Source of the DNA: Camelus dromedarius
Taxonomy: Eukaryota
Reading direction: 5' to 3'
NCBI RefSeq assembly: GCF_036321535.1
Contig: NC_087436.1
Location: 79,982,001 to 80,046,000, forward strand
Length of the DNA: 64,000 nucleotides
Of the stretch, positions 14,050-27,804 are shown piece after piece. Positions within the stretch are counted from its first letter, which is position 1; the number at the start of each line of letters is the position of its first letter. The notes beneath the pieces were generated by a model, which was not told the origin of the DNA, made no database searches, and saw only the letters and a list, made by a program, of their open reading frames with translations. The position numbers were made by a program, and so were the translations under genes.

Positions 14050-14507
14050 TAAGAAATGCTTTAATTTTCACATCAAACAATTTTCTTCCCTTGCTCAGAA
14101 GCAGGGAAGCTTCTACCAGTTTCCTCAATAAAGATGTTTTCATTCATCTTTTTTTTCTTTCTATCACCATGGGTATAATTCCTGTCTCTCTTTATCTCAC
14201 AGGATTGCTGAGAGGATTAAATTATGAAAGCTTTTTAGAAAATGTAAATCACTACACAGTCCTTTCAAAAGCCACCTGAATGAATTGCCAAAGTCTTCTG
14301 CTCAGTATCTCATGGTCATTCATGCCCATACGCTTGACATGAGTGAGACCTGCAACAAAATAGCAAATAAAGGAGTGGGGCCCCTCTGTAGACTAGAGCT
14401 GGGAGCTTGAGCAGTGTAGCTGGTCATGGATAAAGAAACATGAGGGCAAGCGAATCAGTGTCTCAAGAAATATTAAAAAGAAATGATCCCATTTTAGTAC
14501 AGAAGAT

Positions 14508-16520
14508 ATTCATTTATTCACTCATTCAACAAATGTACTATGTCCTAGTACCATGCTAGGCGCTGGGGATGGAATGGTGAGAGAAAAAATATATAGTCCT
14601 TGCTCCCTTGTAGTGCAGAGTCTGAAGCGGAGGCAAAAATAAATTAAATGGACGAACTGAAACTGTGATCTTTCCTTAATAAGGAGCAGAATATGGTTCT
14701 CTGAGAGGGAGTTTTTGACCTTGTCAGGAGGGTCAGAGAAGATTTCCTGAAGGAAATGATGATTAAGCTAAGACAGGAAGCATAAGTAAGAATTAATTCA
14801 GTGAAGAGGAGAGGGAAAGACATTGCAGGCAAAAGAAACCTGTGCACAAAGTCCCTTCGGTGGAAGGAATCGTGATGAGATGGGGGACAAAAGTCAGTGT
14901 GTGTGGAGGGCAGACAATGAGTAGGGGGACCCAGCACAAGATGAGACCAGACAGGTAGGAGGGGCCTCAGATATGTGACCTTGGAGGAGAGTTCTGCCTT
15001 CTTCCTACAGTCAATGGTAATTTACTGCCTGGTTTTACACTTTGAGAAGATCATTCTGCTGAAGTGTGAAAACAGATGGTTGAGGGTACAAGGGTAGAAA
15101 CAGGCTGAAGAGGGGACAAGAATATGTACAGATGGAACAGTGAGGTGTGATTATGGAAGTCTGGGCAAAAGATGACGGCACACTGTCAAATATGGAGTCT
15201 TCCTTGCATCACCTTTCCCCTCCTATCTCACCATCTCATCCATTAGGAAATTCTGGTGGTGGAATCCATGCGAATCCTTGTATCATTTCTAATATTAAAC
15301 TGTGATCCAAGCCGCCATAATTTCTCTTCTGGACTATATTAATTATCTTGTCTGGTCTCCTGGCTTCCAATATTGACCCTACAGTTTATTCTTCTGCACA
15401 TAGAAATCAAGAGAATTCTCCTAAAAATGTTAAATCAGATCATGTCACTGACCAGCAAAACACCCATCTCACTCAGAATGAAAGCCAAAGTGTTTCCAGA
15501 GGCTCCCAGACTTGGCCCCCAAATCTGACCTCATCTCCTACCACTGCCTCCTTTGCCACAATGGTCAGCTTGCTTTTCTCTAAACAAGCCAACCATTGTC
15601 CTAACTCAAGGCTTTGGCACTTGCTGTGCCCTCTGCCTGGAACACTCTTTCCTTATATATCCATGGTCCCTCAGCCACAACTCACCATTTCTGTCTCCAC
15701 TTAGCCCCTTATCATTCAGGTCTCTCATCTGAAACTGCAACTCCATATTTTATACCAGAGGAGGGGAAGGAGCAAACCACAGAGGTACCCGGGAGGCAAG
15801 CACTCCAGCCTGTGTGAACGGCAAATACCAAACCCTGAGGTAGGAGTTCAAAGAAGAGCGAGGAAGCCAGCCAGGAGGAGGCATGTTGGTGGAAGGTGGA
15901 AAGGCAGGCTATGCTCAGGGTAACAAGGACAAGCTTGGATAGAACGTTTATGTGCATCTCTGGGAGGACATTGCTTTCACTCTGAGATGAGAAATCATCA
16001 GAGGGTTCAGAGCAGAGGATTGCTGTAAGCTGATGTATTTTGACAGGTATGTCCTGGATGCTCTATTGAAAACTGACTTAAAGTGGGCAAGGGTAGAAGT
16101 GGGGAGTTCCATCATGAAGCTATTATAACAAACTGGATGAGAAAATGATGGCAGCTTGGACAAAACTCATAGCAGTGGGGGTGGTGAAAAGTGCTCAGAT
16201 TCCGGATATATTTTGAAGGTAGACCTATCAGCGTTTGCTGCGAGATCAAATGTGTGGTGTGAGAGAGAGATTTGGGGCCTGAGTAGTTGGAAATAGGATG
16301 GTCATTAACCTGATGGGGAAGACGACAGGTTTGGGAATAGTTATTAGCAGCCCAGGTTTGGATGTTGGTCTTCAAATGACCATTTGACTTCCAAGCAGAG
16401 ATGTCAGAGAGGCAGCGGGATGCACTCAGGGGGGACGTCTAGACTGGAGACCCAAATTTGGGAGGCATCAGTGTATAGATGGTATTTTCAGCCTTGAGCT
16501 TGGATGAAATGACCAAGCAA
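14508..16520. mobile_element. Cluster of L2 fragments in mixed orientation (about 14508-15190 minus, 15200-15740 plus, 15820-16520 minus)
   Basis: TTCATTTATTCACTCATTCAACAAAT start, CACTTGCTGTGCCCTCTGCCTGGAAC, and GGATATATTTTGAAGGTAGA...CATCAGTGTATAGATGGTATTT motifs. Confidence 0.75.
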
Positions 16521-17460
16521 ATGGCAGCTGCTAACAACAAAAGGAATCCTCTATAAAATGGAAAAGGAGTTGGTTCACTTTTGTAACATACTGAGAAACT
16601 GGTCATTTGGGGCTGTAACCTACTCAGTGGGAAGGAACCTCCAATGGGCAGGTGAAGGAAATGGCATCATTTGGGTCCACGGTTGTTTCAGGGGTCTGAG
16701 CTACTGCTCACTGTACTATAGCCGTAGTTAACCTCACAGACAATGTGGGGTCAGATGAGCTCCCTGGGCCCAGCTCTCTGTTGTAAAAGACTCCAGTCTC
16801 CTCCAGGACCAAAGCCCTCACATGAGTTACAATGCGGAGGTCACCCCCGAGCTGATTTATGGTCCTGGGCACAATTTTACAGCTACAACTCCCCCAAGCA
16901 CTTTCCCTTTTAGACTCAGCTCTAGGGATTCGTAAAAGCTCCCGGGTGACAATAATTAAAAAGATGATCACGGTGATCCCAATTCTCTGACCACAGCCAA
17001 AGGGCAAGCTGTTGTCAGCCCAAAGAGGTAAGCTCTCCGCAGCCAGTCCCAGGGTAGAGGAGGCCTGACTCCCACGGTCATCCACCTCTCACCTCTACTT
17101 TACTGCCTGCTTGGTTCTCTATGGGGTTCTGACCTGGGTCATGAAAATGGAAGTCAGAGCACCCAGTTTGTAGGGTGGGAGATGATAAAACACATGGATG
17201 TAATGGATGGAGAAGGGTTTCCAGCATGTCAAGTGCACACGTGTTAGCGTAATTGTTCTTTTCACTACCACCAATGTTTCCATCATCTCCACCAACCCCA
17301 GCATCACTGTCATCATCACCAAACAGTGGTCTGACAGCAGCACACCCAGAATCCTAAGCCACAGCACTCCGCACTATTTCCTCCTCTCCCGCCCACCCCC
17401 AACAGCCATGCTCAGACTTCTAGTCTAAATGAGCAGCCAAAAATCATACCTTGGGCAAGC

Positions 17461-17505
17461 AAAGTCAAGGAGACAAAAAACAAACAAACAAAAAGTCAAG
17501 GAGAC
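17461..17505 (+). mobile_element. A-rich tail-only insertion flanked by a 14-bp TSD
   Basis: AAAGTCAAGGAGAC (17461-17474), then AAAAAACAAACAAACAA (17475-17491), then AAAGTCAAGGAGAC (17492-17505). Confidence 0.65.
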
Positions 17506-19212
17506 TTTTTGCCTGTCCCTTATCTTCCTGCCCCATCTCCTGCCAGTTGGTGAAGTGGTTACGTATTAACCTGTGGCTCGTGTATGCTGGCTAATGGCGG
17601 AATCTTCCTTCTTAGTTGTGTTGGCTAAAACTCTCAGGTGAACTGAACCTCAGAGCTTTGGGGCTGTGAGATGCAGCTTGAGCACCCCAGGTACAGAGTA
17701 GGTAGGACTCAGATAAACAGTAGAGGGTGACAAGGAGGTGGATTTTCCACTGGCACCATGAAAGGCTTGACAGAATTTTTATATAGATAAAACTAGATAT
17801 CCAAGTAATTCATTTAAAAAATATGTGAGGTCTACCAGCTATGTTCCAAGAATATAGCTAACGTATGAGTGAAGTGATGATTATCAATAAACTGAAAATA
17901 CAACGATGAACAAAACATATTTTCCATGCATTCATGAAACAAAATATAGTGATAGAGACAAAGAAATCAAATAAATACCTCCATAGTATGTGTGTGTGTA
18001 TTTACATATATATATATTTATTATATATATATATAATGTGACATTGAGGGAAAGAAAGAAGTGCTATAAGTGAAAATAAAATGAGACATCTTTTAGTTTG
18101 GATATGGTGGGGAAAGGGGATCATGAAAGGTTCTCTGAAGAAGTGGCACTTAAGCTGAAATATAAAAGGTGAGCAGATATTAGCCAAGGAGAGAGAAGCG
18201 TGTGATGTGAGAGAAAGGCTGTCTCACAGACAGAAAAGCATGTGCAAAGGTCCTGAGGCAGGAAAGAGAAACTGGAAAAGACTGCTGACAAAGCTAGAGC
18301 AAAGGAATGAACAATAGTAGTTGCCTGGGGCTGGAGATCAGAGGATCAGCTGCAAAGGGGCAGAGATGGAAATATTTTTTATCCTGACTGAAGTAATTCT
18401 TACATGACCATCGACTATTGCCAAAATTCACTTAAAATCACTGAATTTGATTGGAAATAAGTCATTCCTCCTTAAAGCTTGCTGGTGGGGGGCAGTGAGC
18501 TTTTTAAGTGTTCCCTTTTTCCTCAATTTAAGATTCACATTAACCTTACTTCACCTAATATAAAAATAAAGCAGAGAAATGTACAGCACCACTGAATTAA
18601 ATGTATTTGTTTATGACTTTATTTACTTGTTCATTTGTTCATGGCTCTTGGGTTTTGAAAAAATGATTTAAGGTGGGAGGGGAAGATTTGGGATTCTAAG
18701 GGCCATTTGATATTTATACTTTCACATCTAGGATTAAGGCCCTTGAATTTCTGAGCTTCTTTCCTCATCTGTGAAAATGAGGAGAAAACTCTCATATCAG
18801 GCTGTTGAGTGGATTATCTCCATTTAATCTCCTTGGAAGATGTTGGTTTCAGATACATAGTAGGTCCTCCTTCACTAGCATTCTCTTTGGTATTTAAAAA
18901 TCAAGCAGATTGCAGGTTATTATGATAAAATCCACTTCCAAGAGAGGTGACATGTGCTGTTCTGGCTGTGGGGTACCTCTGTGGCAGGACCTTAGTGGGA
19001 CAGAACTGAAGCAGTGGGGGATGGGCATCTCTGATGCACCCCTACCTTAACTTGTCGCCTGATATCACTCAGGGGCCCAGCACACCCATGTTCATTCAGA
19101 ACCTGCCTGAGATCTCAGCCACGGGAAGAGGCAGACTAGAATGAGACACGTCCAAACCTCTCCTAAGGAAAGTGTGACAAAGACAGTAAAGACAGCTTTC
19201 AATTCAGATGCC

Positions 19213-19263
19213 AAAAAAAAAACCACAAACAAACAAACAAACAAACAAACAAACAAACAAAAC
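19213..19263 (+). repeat. poly(A)/(AAAC)n microsatellite
   Basis: A-run followed by about 9 CAAA units. Confidence 0.9.
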
Positions 19264-19924
19264 TGCACACCTAAAGAACCCCTCGAGTTTTGCCCAAACT
19301 CTGTTTTCTCTACGTTCACCCTTTCTGTTATCTTTTCATTTTTTTACTAGGACTTTCCAAAGTTATAAAGATGAAATTTATGACTTTCTAACACCATAAA
19401 TAGCCTAAATTCATTGTTAAAGGCTGAAACAATTCACTCTGACTCCCTTTGGTTTTCAATTAGTCAAGAAAACCTAGTTTTCAATGGATAAAGGCCACTC
19501 TTTCAACCAAGTTGGGGTGTCTCTGGAGTGAGGAATTATGTTGATCGTCACCGTAAAAATGCACAGGCAGAGGGCAGACAGCAGATAGCTTTGCAGAGGC
19601 TCACAGACAAAGGAGGTGTTATGTGTCCTACAACCATTCACTGCAAAGGGATTGTTTAAGTGGAGATGGCCAGTCGACACTCACACAAGAGGGAGCCTTC
19701 AGAAGGGAATAAAGGCCGGCCGCCCGCCACGGAAACCCTCCATCTGTCGCTGCCCATCGCCCAACATCCACAGCGCTGGCTGCACTCATTGAAAACATGG
19801 ATGGATTTTTGCCCCACATGGTCACTTTTAGGAAATCACTGAGAGTTTGTTTCGGGTAGGCCCAACCCCAGCTGACTCCCTGCTCCTCCAAGCCAAAGGG
19901 GTATACATTTGGAGGCTTTCCGGC

Positions 19925-19980
19925 TTTTTTTTTTTTAATTGAAGTATAATCAGTTACAATGTGTCAATTTCTGGTGTACA
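19925..19980 (-). mobile_element. L1 extreme 3' end (very short, 5'-truncated)
   Basis: Poly-T followed by AATTGAAGTATAATCAGTTACAATGTGTCAATTTCTGGTGTACA, the reverse complement of the L1 terminus seen at 7345-7392. Confidence 0.75.
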
Positions 19981-22900
19981 TGCTGCTTTCTTTTGATCAC
20001 TGGTTCCTGATATGTTCCTCACTGAAACCCTCCCGTCTTCTTTGGATTGCTCTAGCCAAAAAGATGGCTAGTGGTTTTTAAGCTGCTAAATTTCTCTCAC
20101 TTTGGGGCCCCATCCAAGCCAAGGCCTGAGCAGAGCACCTTCCTCTGTAGACAGAATAAAATGAAATCCAGTGTAGATGTGCGCTCTGGAGAGGGTATGG
20201 TTTTGGCATTTGCAAGCCAGGCCACTGCTGTCCCCTGAAGGGTTAATAAGCCCCAGGTTTCAGCAATGGGCCAGAGAGGAGTAAAGGGTCCTCCCAGTGG
20301 CAAACCAGCAGCACATGCTGCGCTCCCACTGATGCTTCCTTCTCCTTTCGGGTGAGGCCACATTCGCAGGTGTCACGTCAGAGGAAGATTCGCTCACAAG
20401 CACTAGCATCTCCTGAGGCTGCACAGAAGTCAATGCTGAGCTGAACACTTTTTACAACTCAGCTTTACCCCTTTTCTCCATCTAGTGCAGATGAGGCAAG
20501 CGTATCTGTCAGCCCTCTTCTGCACCTGAAGGAGACAGGCACAAATATGTGAAATAACACACAGTCTCAGAAAGAATAATGGCTGACGGACTCAACTCCT
20601 CACCAATAAACTAGGGTCCTTCGGTGAGATCACACACGCTTAAAAATAGCCTCCTGGCTCTTCCCAATAACCTCTGTGTCCCCCACAAGACAATGAAAGG
20701 GGGGTCAGGGAGGGGGTCAGAATTCCTGCTTACGCTGCCTAATGCTGAATCACGCGCAGTGATGGACTGTCACCAGGGACGAAAGGTTTTCTATTCATTT
20801 GCCAAAGTGTCGCAGAAGTTGTGTAAAGAGAGAATCCAGAAATCAAAATTCTTTTTCTGCTGTATCCCTTCAGGCTTTTGATCAGGCCACCTAAACACAT
20901 CCTGTCTTATATGAAACGTAGAGAATAAACTGTCTTCTGCACAAGGAGACTTTTGCAAGTTAGCGAGATTTGTGTGGCAAACAGTGAACCGGTTCAAATT
21001 ACTGAAGGTTCTGCTACTTAAACTTTGTTTATTCTTTCAGTGGTATCTACTGAACAATAATTGTAGTTACTATTATTCCATTTGGTGCTTTCTGACCTTT
21101 TTTAGGGTAGATGAAGTTACTTAGCCCTAGGCCAGCTTTCTTCCAAAAACTTCTACATGAAAGCCAAAAGACAATTACCAGGGAGGTTGGAAATCACATA
21201 AACACAGCTGAAGAAAGCATATTGTCTTGATTTCAGCTTGAAATCTGTGCTAAATTAGTAGTAGGAAGTTTAGCAGCGATGCCTCATTTCTTAAAACATC
21301 AACTGTTTTCAGGTTTTATTATAGCACTAGTCACTTTTGTGAGAATTAAAATAATTGCAAACATTTTAAGCTTGCCCTAAAAACTCATAAATCTAGAAGA
21401 TGAATTTACTGATCTTGTTCATTTATTGGTCTTCTACTCTGTTTCCTGGGTAGGCTGGCAAGCATATTTATTTTATTAATTGTCGACACCAATATTATAA
21501 ATGAAGAACTGTTTTGAGATTGTTTTAAAACCCCCAATAACTTCTTAGAACCTTTAGTGTTTGAAGTATGGTATGCAGATGCTTTAGGAATAGTTTTAGG
21601 GTCCTAGAGATATTTTTTGACAGGGAGCCCAAATCAGTATTTATATAATGGATTTTGGTCGTGTATGAGGTGCTCATAACTCTTGTGAAAATTCTGCCTG
21701 CTTTTTCTTTAATTCAAGTCCACCAAAGCTAAAATGGGGCTAATCCAAGATAAAAGTAGGAACACAGTGATTAAAGTGTTCCTCTATTTTGATAAGGGCA
21801 CCAGGTTAACATGTGAACGCCATCCTTGATGTCAGCATCCCAAGCCAAAGATAAACACGGCTACGTTGCTCTTCAGATTCGAGTGACATTTTTCTTTGTT
21901 AATGAGCATTTCTTGTTCTGCAAAGGGAAGAAAAGTTTTATCTCAAGTTTCATGGCTTCAAGCCAAGCGAGACCTTTTCTTCCCTCTCTGCCTTTACCCT
22001 TTAACAAAAATAACAGAATTCCTTCTTTTTTATATTTATCTTTGTATTTTTGTTAATATCCTTCTGTACCTCCCACTTTTGCATGGGGAAAATGGATTCA
22101 CTTAAATTAAAATGTTTATTTGAGCCCTTTCTCTCAAAATCTCCATTTCAATGAGTCCATGCCTGTGAAAGGTACCAGGTTTCCCGGAGCTGAAGTTAAG
22201 TGAGGATAACTGTGTGGCTGTGTCTCTATGGACATTTAAAATGTGTTTTCTCCTGTTGGGGTGAGGTTTACTTTACCACTGCCTGGTTGTTATAAGAGTG
22301 GAAGAAATCCAGTCATTTGTTTCTAAAAGTATGCGGTTATTATCCACGTCCTTGGACGTTAACACCAGCTACAAAAAAGATGGCTGGGCATGGCCGAGTC
22401 CGTGCAGAAACACTGGGATCTGGGTTCACACAGGGAATTCTGGTAGCCCTTCCTCCTACCAAGAGAAGCACACATGGTACTCTTCATACATGGTGACAGG
22501 TTCTCTTCCATTTTAGCAGAGGGAGGAATTGGTCCTTGCTTGAATCGTATGATCTTCAGAAGGATTAGGCCTGCCCAACCCAATATTTACAAAGTAGAAA
22601 ATTCAATCTTTATCCCATTTTTTCCTTCCTAAGCAATCCATATTCAATCCAATGAATATCCCAGACTGCTACAGATGACCACATTACCATACTAAGCAGC
22701 CATAAAGCAACAAAAGTTGATGTTACAGTTACCTTAATGGCTTGACTGTGGGTAAGTGGATGATTTCCACTAGGCTTCTTGAAATATGAAAAGTAGCTTA
22801 TGCCCCTGACTTTCCATTTTTATGTGTTTATACTCCACATGAGCTGAAGGCCCAAGCTTGGGAACCACTGGCTTATTTTATCCAAACCTCAGTTTTTTTC

Positions 22901-23509
22901 ATCATCAAAATGGGGGAAAATACATCTTTCAGGCTTACCTCAAGGTTGCTATAAAAAAAAAAAATTAAATCACATGAGTTAAAGAGCTCTACAAGATGCT
23001 AGAAATCAATATAAAATTGTGCACTGAAGTAGTAGAGAAGCAGGGAATATGAAACTTGACGTTTTGAATTTAAAAAGACTTTAACTAGTTTCTTGGGAAG
23101 ACAAGACATGAGTCAAAATTTTTTTTGATCTTTTACTTGGTGATATACTAAGACCATCAACATGGGAATCCATTCTTACCTGAACTTAAAAATATGTAAA
23201 CACTCTCAAACCACTCTCTGAACTGAACAGAGAAGCCATTTAATGTGAGACAAACTTACAGGACAAACTATAGCCCATCAGATCCTCTCTCATAAGATTT
23301 TGAAGTACAACACTCAAAATCTAGTTAGGGGATGACAGGCACATACCCTGAAAGGCCATACAAAGTCATTCGTTCATTTCTTTATCCTTTCGTTCATTCC
23401 AAAGATAGGTAGTAATTACCTGACAGAAACCAGGCAACAGGCTGAATCAAGGACAGAGTCATAGTGCACCAGAATGTGTGGCAAAAAAAATAGCCAAGGT
23501 AATGCATCA

Positions 23510-23770
23510 CATAAATTATGGATAGGAAGACCGCAAAGAAGCAAGTTTGCAGAGATGAAAGGAGAACAGATGTGGCAGAGAAAAGCAGAGTAAGAGACCT
23601 GCAGAGAGGGGCTGCCTGACGGTTTCCACCTCTCCTTAACCCTGCCTCCAGTCCCTGCTCTTGGCTTCTATAATAGTCCCTGATACTCTTTTAATAAATC
23701 CTTTCTTTCCTTAAGCCTTTTTGTGGGGGACTTGGTTCCTTACAAGCAAATGTGCCCCACCTAAAATAGG
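23510..23770 (+). mobile_element. ERVL-class LTR fragment (LTR16/33/41-like)
   Basis: 3' LTR signature AATAAATCCTTTCTTTCCTTAAGCC...TTCCTTACAAGCAAA. Confidence 0.55.
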
Positions 23771-24495
23771 TGCTATTGTTAATTTTTAATGTAAACTTGA
23801 AAAAAATTTTTTTTGCCTAAAACGTAGAGATGCTTCAAAGCCAAAAAGCATTAAAGTTAGTCATCAAATTTGGCAAGGAGAAAGGAGCTTTGTTCCTCCC
23901 TCCAACCACCAACACAGCCCCCAAAGTCTCACCCTGGGAAGTGCATGAATGGTTTGGGAGGGTGTGCAGTGAGCATATAATTTTCCTGGGTCCCAGCACT
24001 GGAGGGAGACGGGGCTAACTAGCAAGTAACCCAGATGACGAATTCCATTTCTGAGCAAACACATCTCCTCCGGCCCAGACAGATTCTGATTTTATTTAAA
24101 TCCTGCTCAGAATTAAATCCCTGCAACATGAGGCTGAAAAGGAGAGCTGGGTGGGAGATGGAGAGGGGAGCGGGCCTCTAACTTGATACATCCTGGTGCA
24201 GTGGTGACTGCTGAGTGTCTGCAAGGGGAGGTGGCCCGGAGCTGCCCTGGTCGGGATGCAGACATCTGGAGAGAAGCCAGCAAGGGAGGGGAGAGTTTAT
24301 TGTGTTTGGCTGTCTTTCTGGACACATCTGCCTCTGAGTCACCTGCCAGTATAACTAGGTCAGGATGCAGATTTTGTGAAGAAAGAAAGTCATAACCAGT
24401 TCAGAAAGTGATCGTGGTTGAAATGTTCCTTTGGGCTGACTTGCCAATAGGTCCCAAAGATGAACTGGAGTTAAAAATCCCTTTTAGGTCTACAT

Positions 24496-24626
24496 GAGGA
24501 GGATATAGCTTAGTGGTGGAGCACATGCTTAGCATGTACGAGGTCCTGGGCCCAATCCCCAGTACCGCCATTAAAATAAATAAATAAATAAAACCCTAAT
24601 TACTGCCCCCCCCAAATTAAAAAAAA
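24496..24626 (+). mobile_element. tRNA-derived SINE, camelid vic-1-like
   Basis: A-box TAGCTTAGTGG, B-box-like GGCCCAATCCC, body GCACATGCTTAGCATGTACGAGGTCCTGGG, then (AAAT)n, CCTAATTAC-C-run and poly-A. Degraded flanking direct repeat AAAAATCCCTTTTAG / AAAGATCCCTTTCAG. Confidence 0.85.
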
Positions 24627-27088
24627 GATCCCTTTCAGTTCTTAATGGGAAGGGAGAGCAGGCTTTCAAGTTGTCTGCTCAATCTTAGCACGTTCTCATT
24701 CTTGGGCCACGGCTCGTTCCCCTCCCTAAGGCTAGCTCCCATTTCCTTAAGCTTTCAGTGTGCTCATGAAATCATACATGCCCCTCATAAAATTCAGGGG
24801 TATGTCCCCAAAGGAATTCACCTCTAGGCCCAAAGGACTGATGGGGTTACACGTGAAAATACTCCCAGAGCCATGCACTTTAACAAAAGACAAAACTGAC
24901 TAGAGAACCAATCTCCAGGTATAAGAATTCAAATGGCAGTGGGTTGCAGGAAGACATAAGGCAGGAGGAACCCTCCTGAGGCTAATTTGAGCGGCTGCAC
25001 CTCTTCTAGCGCAAGTGCATCTGGGCAGACATCTGGTTTCACTGAAACCTATCAGATGCAGAGAATGCAAGTAACCAAGAATCACACAAAACTGACCCCG
25101 TGACACTCTCTCCTTCTCTACCCCACAGGTTGCCCATCATGGTGCGATCTCCCCAGAATTCCTCAGTAATCCCAAAAGGAAGAAACAAAATCTCTGAAAA
25201 GCTTCAGTATCAGATAAGCTCTGGAAAATCACTAACACACAGGTTCAGAATCTGAACAAAGCCAGGGAGTAGTATTAAAATATTTTGTTAATGTTCATCA
25301 AGTGGAGAGACGTAAAGGATCACTGATTTTGAATGATGGGAGGTTCTCAGCAACTCCTGTTCTTCCTTCTTTCTGTTCATGTGCCAAGTGATCCCGTCTC
25401 CCCCAAATCTTCCCCCACCCACATCTACACTGCCATCACTTCCACCCCACCACCCTCAGCAATACACACACTGTCCTTACACCAAAATCAAAGCGAGCAT
25501 ACTGCTATTTGGGGTTTGAAATTAGCATGATGCAAAGGCCAAAGACTATGGGGGGGAAAATGAGCTAGTAACTCACATGCACAATTACAAGAGTGATTCA
25601 CAAAGCAGTTACTGCGCTCTCCGGTTTTGTTTTGTTTTGTTTTGTTTTTGACTCAAGAAAGCAGAAGCTATTTGTTTCCAAAGGAGAATAAGCAGGTCTT
25701 TATAATACAGACTTTCTCACTTATTACAAATGTTCACAAATTAAGTCTGCCCTGCAAAACTGAAAAGCCTGTCACTATAGTTTATGTTCCTGGGGGGAGA
25801 CGCAGCTTCATTGTTCAGAGGTAAGTGAAACAATCCTTTGCATCATGGTTCTTCCAGAAAAGATTTGCTCTCATGCTCTTTGAACATACTTCCAATTGAC
25901 TTAACAGCATCCTAAACATGGAGGTTCTCTTCTTCTTTAAGGTGAGGTGAATTCTCATGAGGTAAGGTTAGGAGGAAGCATTTCCACAGACAGGAAGTTA
26001 TCTGAGGAAGGACTAGTGTCAAGCCAAGGAGATTTGGGTCTTGCTGTTCAGTTACATGATGTCCAGTTTTGACGACCCTGTTTCCACTGTTCTACCTGTA
26101 CACAGTAAGGCTATTTGGGGTTTCTTTTGTGGTAGACTTTGCTGCCCCTACCTTCTCCACCCACAAAGTAAAGCCTAGAGAGAGAGGACCAAGCCCCTCC
26201 AGCTCTTGCTGAGGTTTGTTTCCAAATAACGCAAGGGATATGGAGCTAATGTGATGCCGGCTACCCCAGCGTATACGGTCTCCCACATTCTGGTCCTCAT
26301 GATCATTGGCTGGTTTTCCTCTCTTCACTTTCACACTGCTCATTACTCAAAGTGTTCTTACAGGGAAAATCTGCACGACAAAGAGGGGAAACCCTAATAC
26401 CATCATGTTTGGCACCACAGCCAGTAGCCACTGTGAAAACCATGTATAAAAAGGCTATTATTCTGTTTATAATCTGCTTTCGTGACTGCTTCTAACTAAC
26501 TCGAGGAGTAGCTGCACTAAGGTAGAAAGGTTTGTGACCCATCTGTTGAGTGTATAATTTCCTTTACATCGGCTAGCACAGCCCAATAAAAAAAATATTA
26601 TTAGGTGCACTAACTCAATCAGCAAACAAATGACAGGCAGATGGTCTTCAAAAACAACACAGACCATGAATGCCACAGAGCCACAAAGTGGGCCCCAGCT
26701 TCCCGGCAGCCTTTGTCTAAAAACACTCCACTGGGTTAAGTGATGCAAAATACGACAGAAAGAGAGAGAAGCTGTGTGTAAATGAGGGAGAAGTTAACAG
26801 CCTCTGAAGTGCTCTGTGAAAGGCCATGATAATTTTACTGGGGAAAAGCAAAAAAAAAAAAGGCATCCTACTTAAATAATATATTTTGTGATGGTGCTGA
26901 AATCCAACAGATTATGTTCATAACACTTTTGTTCTAAATCTTTGTTTCAGTCAGTTTTTTTTCTCTAAAGGCTCTTTATCTGACAGAATGTTCTCAAGTT
27001 GTGTTTTAGCTGAGTAATAGAATTTGATGAGTAGAAGTTTTTTGTATGAGAGAATTTTACTGGTTGAATGAAAGGTAGGCAGGCAAGC

Positions 27089-27804
<716 letters not shown>

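Noticed and set aside
24496..24570. tRNA-like sequence as a tRNA gene
   Set aside because: Degenerate B-box and stems, followed by a SINE tail and poly-A with flanking direct repeats. It is a SINE.
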